NCBI GenBank assembly: GCA_963770895.1
Contig: CAVYRF010000002.1
Location: 800,001 to 864,000, forward strand
From: an uncultured Acidobacteriota bacterium
GTDB lineage: Bacteria > Acidobacteriota > Thermoanaerobaculia > Multivoradales > UBA5704
DNA length: 64,000 bases
Direction of reading: 5' to 3'
Numbering within the stretch: the first letter of the stretch is position 1; the number at the start of each line of letters is the position of its first letter. A program made the position numbers and the translations under genes. This document shows positions 59,620 to 64,000 of this stretch, one piece after another. The notes beneath the pieces are model-generated. The model did not search any database. It was not told where the DNA came from and saw nothing but the letters and a program-made list of their open reading frames with translations.

Positions 59620-60945
59620 ATGACCTCAGGTTCGATTACCACCACCCTTCGCCGCCCATCCAACGATCCGGACGTGCTGCGCGCCCAGCTGCTACGCGAG
59701 CTGATCGCCCTCGACTCGCCGCCCGAAGCGGCGCCGCCGCCGCAAAACCCCACCGACTCGCCCAGCGTCCAGCCTGCCGGTCAGAATCCTGGCAGCGCTA
59801 GCTCGAATCCCCTTGCAGTCGAGCACAGCTCACGACCAGATCCGGCTGCCGTGCGACCAGCGCCTAGCCTGCCGTCTGCCCCAGGAAACGGCGACACTCC
59901 ACAGCCGGCAGCGTCCGGCGAGCCCGCGCTCTATCACGCCTACCTTCAACACGCCCTCCTGATCGTCTGGCGCGGCGTCGCCCAGGGGAACCTTCACCTC
60001 CCGCGCCAGATGCTGGAGCGCCTGAGGCCGATGCAGCGCTTTATCGATCGCCACCTGTCACGATGGCAAACGCGAGCCGAGCTGGCGGCCGCGGAGCTGC
60101 TCTTCACGCTAGACTGTCTGCGCTTGGCGGACCAAACGCTGGACGAGGCCCGTACCTCGCAGCGTCTGGCCGACCCTCGGCGGTCCTCGACAGAGCGCGA
60201 GGTTCTCCGCGTCCTCAGCCACAATCGCAACCGTTACCTGCGCCGCGGCGCCGTGTGGGAAGAGATGAGCTCCCTGCGGCGCCCAACGCAGGCACGCGTC
60301 GGCCAAATCCTCGCCGACCTCCGCGAGCAGGGAGTCGTGCAACGGACCTTCGGGCGCGCTCAGGGCAACCCCGACTCGTCGTTCTACGCCCTCTCACCGA
60401 TGGGGATCGAGATCTGCGAAAACATCGGCCTTGGCCAACCGAACGCCACGACAAGCAAGGCCGCTTCCGCTGGCTTGGTGCTTGCCAACCACGCGAAACC
60501 AGTGCCGACGAGTCCCGCGATTGCCGTGTCGGAGCCACCGCCGGCGGCTGAAGGTGCAGCTCCGCCAACGCCACCCGCACCCCGAAGGAGCAGCAGCGAA
60601 ACTGAAACCGTCCTGCGGCTCGTCGAATTGTTGGCGTCGTCCGACAGCAACGACCCAAGACGCAGCATGATCATCGGCGCGCTTTCACGGCAGACTTCGG
60701 TCTTCGAGGCACCAAGCGTCGTCGCGCTCCTGAAAAAGGCCGCAGACGCGAACGGCAGCATCGATGCCTGGAAGAACTGCACCGAAGGGGTCGTCGGCTT
60801 AATGGAAACCGCAACGTATCTTGCCGTCAGAAGTATCGCTCCGTCGGCAACCGACAGCGGCGAAAACACCGGCGGCCCCTACCTGTTTCGAGGCGGATCT
60901 ACTCCTTCTGCGCCTAATCGAAGCAGCCCCACCGTCCCATTCTAA
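59620..60945 (+). CDS. Hypothetical protein with central winged-helix-like domain
   Basis: TEREVLRVL...RVGQILADLREQGVVQR...YALSPMG; Pro-rich flanks. Confidence 0.6.
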   Translation: MTSGSITTTLRRPSNDPDVLRAQLLRELIALDSPPEAAPPPQNPTDSPSVQPAGQNPGSASSNPLAVEHSSRPDPAAVRPAPSLPSAPGNGDTPQPAASGEPALYHAYLQHALLIVWRGVAQGNLHLPRQMLERLRPMQRFIDRHLSRWQTRAELAAAELLFTLDCLRLADQTLDEARTSQRLADPRRSSTEREVLRVLSHNRNRYLRRGAVWEEMSSLRRPTQARVGQILADLREQGVVQRTFGRAQGNPDSSFYALSPMGIEICENIGLGQPNATTSKAASAGLVLANHAKPVPTSPAIAVSEPPPAAEGAAPPTPPAPRRSSSETETVLRLVELLASSDSNDPRRSMIIGALSRQTSVFEAPSVVALLKKAADANGSIDAWKNCTEGVVGLMETATYLAVRSIAPSATDSGENTGGPYLFRGGSTPSAPNRSSPTVPF

Positions 60946-61003
60946 TTTGGTTCGTTGGCAGCAAAGGCTGCGGACGGACCGATACCCAAAGAGATTGTCA
61001 GTC

Positions 61004-63604
61004 GTGGAAGAAAGCGTCACATCTTCTGCTTCGCGCAAAGGCGGATTCAACGATGATCTCGCCGGACGGCTCACCGAAGCGATAGTCGGGCTGATCGCGG
61101 ATCAACAGCTGCGCGATCTACCGCAATTCCTCGACGAGCTGGCTGGAATTGTTGTCAATCTACCCGGTGCGGCGCTGGCACAAGTGATCGCGTTTGACCA
61201 AGATGGCGACTTCGTCGCCGCGGGCATATGCGGAGCGGCGGATGAGCGCGAATTCACCGCCTGGACGCAGATGCGGAGTCAGGCGGAGGCTCTCGCTCGG
61301 TCTTCCATGGACGCATGGGTGGCGAGCGAGCCGGAGGGATTCGGGTTTCCGGCTCCGAGCCGATTATGGGTGTTGCGTTTACAGCGTGGTGTTGAGCACC
61401 CCCCCCAAGGGCTGCTCGTTATCCTGCTCCCTGCCACGGCAGGGTCCAGCCCAACCCTCACGACCCTTGCAGGGAACGCACACCTGCTTGCTGCGGCAGT
61501 TCAAGCCGGAATCCGCGCGGCGGCCTGGCGGCGGATCGAGCAGCTGCAACAGCTCGCACGCCGTACCATCAACCGCACGCAACCGGATCTCTTCAAGATG
61601 GTCACGGACCTAGCGGAGATCTTCAGAGCCAACGCGGCAACCCTCCTGCTCTGGGAGCACGGAAAACTACGACTGGCCGCCAGCACCGACTTCGAGCTCG
61701 GACGCGACACGCATGTGACCTACGACAGCGGAGAAGGATTGACGGGGCATGTCCACGCCATGGGTAGGAGCTTGCGTTTGCGGGACAGCGGAGATCCAGC
61801 GGAGATCCACAGCGTCACCTCACTGAAGCGCCTTCACCCTGTTCATCCCGAAAGAGACCGCGAAGGATTGATCGTAGGACCCTTTCTCGGCGTGCCATTG
61901 GCCTTTGCCGGTACGGTTGTCGGCGTGCTGCGCCTCTCGCGCCGCAGCGGCACCGTGCGCTTTGCCCCTGAAGATGAGGCAGCACTTTCGTTTTTCGCTG
62001 AACTTTTGGGAGCAGTACTCGCTCCCGCCTGGGACCTCCTACTTAAACGCAGCATCCTCGCGTCAATGACCGAAGCTATCGCAGTGTCGCGCCGCGAACA
62101 TCTGAATGACGGCAGCGCCGCCTCGCGAATCGTGATGGCCAACGCAGGGACCGCGAAGCTGCTCGCTTGCGAGAGCCTGGTAGGGCGGGAGGCGTCATCG
62201 ATCTACGCACCGGAGGCGTACGCTGCGATCAAGGATTGCCTAACCGCCGCTCTGGCGGAGGGGCGGACGGAGGCCGGCCCGGTCGCGTCGTACATGCTGC
62301 GAGCGGACGGTGCGACCATACCCGTTTCCATTTCCTACCGCTTCCTGACCAACTCCCTGGTGGAGCCTCCCTCTCTCTACACCATCGGCTTGGCGCGAGA
62401 CATGTCCGAGGTGGAGCGACAGGCCGATCGTCACCAGCGGCTGCTGGACCTGCTGGAGGTGACGCAGATAGCGTATTTCAGAACCGACGCGGCGGGCCAC
62501 ACCGTGGAATCGACCCCGGTGGAGGCAGCGATCACTGGCTATTCGCGCGAGGAACTGCGCAGCCAGTCGCGAGACATCCTTTACCCGCACTCCAACGAGC
62601 GCGATCGATTGCTTCGCGAAATGGAGCAGCATGGAGACTGGTTGACGGGGTGGCTGATGCAGCTGCGGCGCAAGGACGGAAACCTCTTCTGGGCTGCATG
62701 CGATGTGCGGATCCTGCGTGACGCCAAGGGCAGCAAAGTTGGCACTGAAGGACTGTACCGTGATGTCACCGATCGTATCGAGCTGCAGCGCTTTCTCAAC
62801 GAGGACGAAGATAGACTTCTCCCCGACCAAGAGCTGCTCGCGGCGCTGCGACGCGAGTCGCAGTTCCACATGGATTACGTGAGCAGCGTCGGGCATCAGA
62901 TGCAAGCGCCGCTGGCCGCCTTGGTCGAGACGCTGCGAAATTTCGAGCAAGGCGTCATTGGCGCCGAGCGGCTCGCGGAGCGTCTGCCGTACGTCATCGG
63001 CCAGGTAGGCGTTTGCGCCCGGCTGGTGCGCAACTTCTCCTACATGAAGAATATTCTGGCCGGCGCCGAGTTTGAGCTTACGCCAGTTCCGTTGGCTCGC
63101 TTGGCGGTTGAAACGCGCAGCGACTTCAGCCACCTGCTTAGGCAACGCCACCTCCAACTGGAGATCGACGAGGACAGTCTCAGGCGGCACCTCGTCGTCT
63201 CAGGGCATCGCGAGCTGCTTCGGCAGGTCTTCGTCAACCTGATCGACAATGCCATCAAGTACTCCTATCCTCACAGCGACATTACGATACGGGCAAGAGA
63301 ATGGCCAGACGGACCAGCGTTGGAGGTCAGCAATAGAGGCCTCGCAATCCCTGAGCAGGACCGGAGTCGGCTCTTCAAGCGCGGCTTCCGCTCACTCAAG
63401 GCAAAGGCCATCGTGCCTCATGGGACTGGTCTCGGCTTGTGGCTGGTGCGCAGAATTGTCGAAGCCCACGGGGCTAAGATCGCATTTGCCGAGGTGATCG
63501 AGGGAGGGCAGCGGCGCAACCTTTTCCGAATCACATTTATGCGCAGTCGGCGCGCCAGGGGAGGACACCGTGCCCAATGGTCCAAGCGTTCTGCTGGTCG
63601 ATGA
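61004..63604 (+). CDS. Cytoplasmic GAF/PAS sensor histidine kinase; start uncertain (frame open from 60821)
   Basis: GEGLTGHV GAF; two PAS/PAC (RADG, RRKDG..W, RDVTDR); GHQMQAPL H-box, NLIDNAIKY, GTGLGL. Confidence 0.88.
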   Translation: MEESVTSSASRKGGFNDDLAGRLTEAIVGLIADQQLRDLPQFLDELAGIVVNLPGAALAQVIAFDQDGDFVAAGICGAADEREFTAWTQMRSQAEALARSSMDAWVASEPEGFGFPAPSRLWVLRLQRGVEHPPQGLLVILLPATAGSSPTLTTLAGNAHLLAAAVQAGIRAAAWRRIEQLQQLARRTINRTQPDLFKMVTDLAEIFRANAATLLLWEHGKLRLAASTDFELGRDTHVTYDSGEGLTGHVHAMGRSLRLRDSGDPAEIHSVTSLKRLHPVHPERDREGLIVGPFLGVPLAFAGTVVGVLRLSRRSGTVRFAPEDEAALSFFAELLGAVLAPAWDLLLKRSILASMTEAIAVSRREHLNDGSAASRIVMANAGTAKLLACESLVGREASSIYAPEAYAAIKDCLTAALAEGRTEAGPVASYMLRADGATIPVSISYRFLTNSLVEPPSLYTIGLARDMSEVERQADRHQRLLDLLEVTQIAYFRTDAAGHTVESTPVEAAITGYSREELRSQSRDILYPHSNERDRLLREMEQHGDWLTGWLMQLRRKDGNLFWAACDVRILRDAKGSKVGTEGLYRDVTDRIELQRFLNEDEDRLLPDQELLAALRRESQFHMDYVSSVGHQMQAPLAALVETLRNFEQGVIGAERLAERLPYVIGQVGVCARLVRNFSYMKNILAGAEFELTPVPLARLAVETRSDFSHLLRQRHLQLEIDEDSLRRHLVVSGHRELLRQVFVNLIDNAIKYSYPHSDITIRAREWPDGPALEVSNRGLAIPEQDRSRLFKRGFRSLKAKAIVPHGTGLGLWLVRRIVEAHGAKIAFAEVIEGGQRRNLFRITFMRSRRARGGHRAQWSKRSAGR

Positions 63605-64000
63605 CAACGTCGGCGACCTGCAAGGGCTGATTGATCTGATCAACTACCTTGGCTACGACGTGGAACTGGCGACCGACGAGGAGATGGCGCGCGACCTGCT
63701 GAAGGCGGTTCGCGACGGGGGCAGATCCTACATCCTGGCGCTGATCGACGTCATGGTAGCGATCCGCGATATCAGCCGCCTGGACCGGGACCCCGAAGGT
63801 TTCTGGGATGAATCCAACGACACTGGGATTCGGCTATGCACCTACGCCCGCCGCGAGCTGAAGCTGAGCGCCGAGCAGCTCCCGATCGCTTGCATCACCG
63901 CGCGCGAGGACGATGCGGTCCGCCAAGCCATGGAAGAGCTGGGCATCGAGCTCTATCCACGCACCGCGGACTCCAACCGGTCGCTGAGGGATTTCCTGAT
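63570..64000 (+). CDS. Response-regulator receiver domain protein (runs off window)
   Basis: GTG 63570 after GGAGGA: MPNGPSVLLVDDN...LALIDVM...GIRL...PIACITAR. Confidence 0.82.
   Translation, partial: MPNGPSVLLVDDNVGDLQGLIDLINYLGYDVELATDEEMARDLLKAVRDGGRSYILALIDVMVAIRDISRLDRDPEGFWDESNDTGIRLCTYARRELKLSAEQLPIACITAREDDAVRQAMEELGIELYPRTADSNRSLRDFL

Overview
High-GC chromosomal window, probably from an Acidobacteriota genome (inferred from an ADOP-type permease, VWFA-related Acidobacterial proteins and the futalosine gene mqnC). Housekeeping content includes purSQL, the dprA-topA-trmFO-xerC-hslVU-dapF-tyrS cluster, gltA, queD, lysine-catabolism dehydrogenases, mqnC and a Fur-boxed FTR1/DUF2318/ABC iron-uptake operon. 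The best candidate for a new system is a three-gene operon at 41790-46249. It encodes a PilZ(TIGR02266-like)-TM-AMIN protein, a membrane-anchored amidase lacking its own AMIN domain, and a MamK-like actin, with no magnetosome genes nearby. This suggests a c-di-GMP-gated, cytoskeleton-guided cell-wall remodelling module. Other notable items are a GTPase-less triple roadblock/DUF4388 cluster, a lower-GC nitrilase/wHTH/His-kinase/receiver island, a candidate anti-SD sRNA, a DnaA-box plus IHF locus between convergent genes, an ABC ATPase-DtxR fusion, a degenerate ApbE, a nonsense-interrupted PIN toxin, a MITE and two deletion-riddled pseudogenes. All calls come from motif reading alone; no database searches were run. 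No rRNA, tRNA or CRISPR array was seen.
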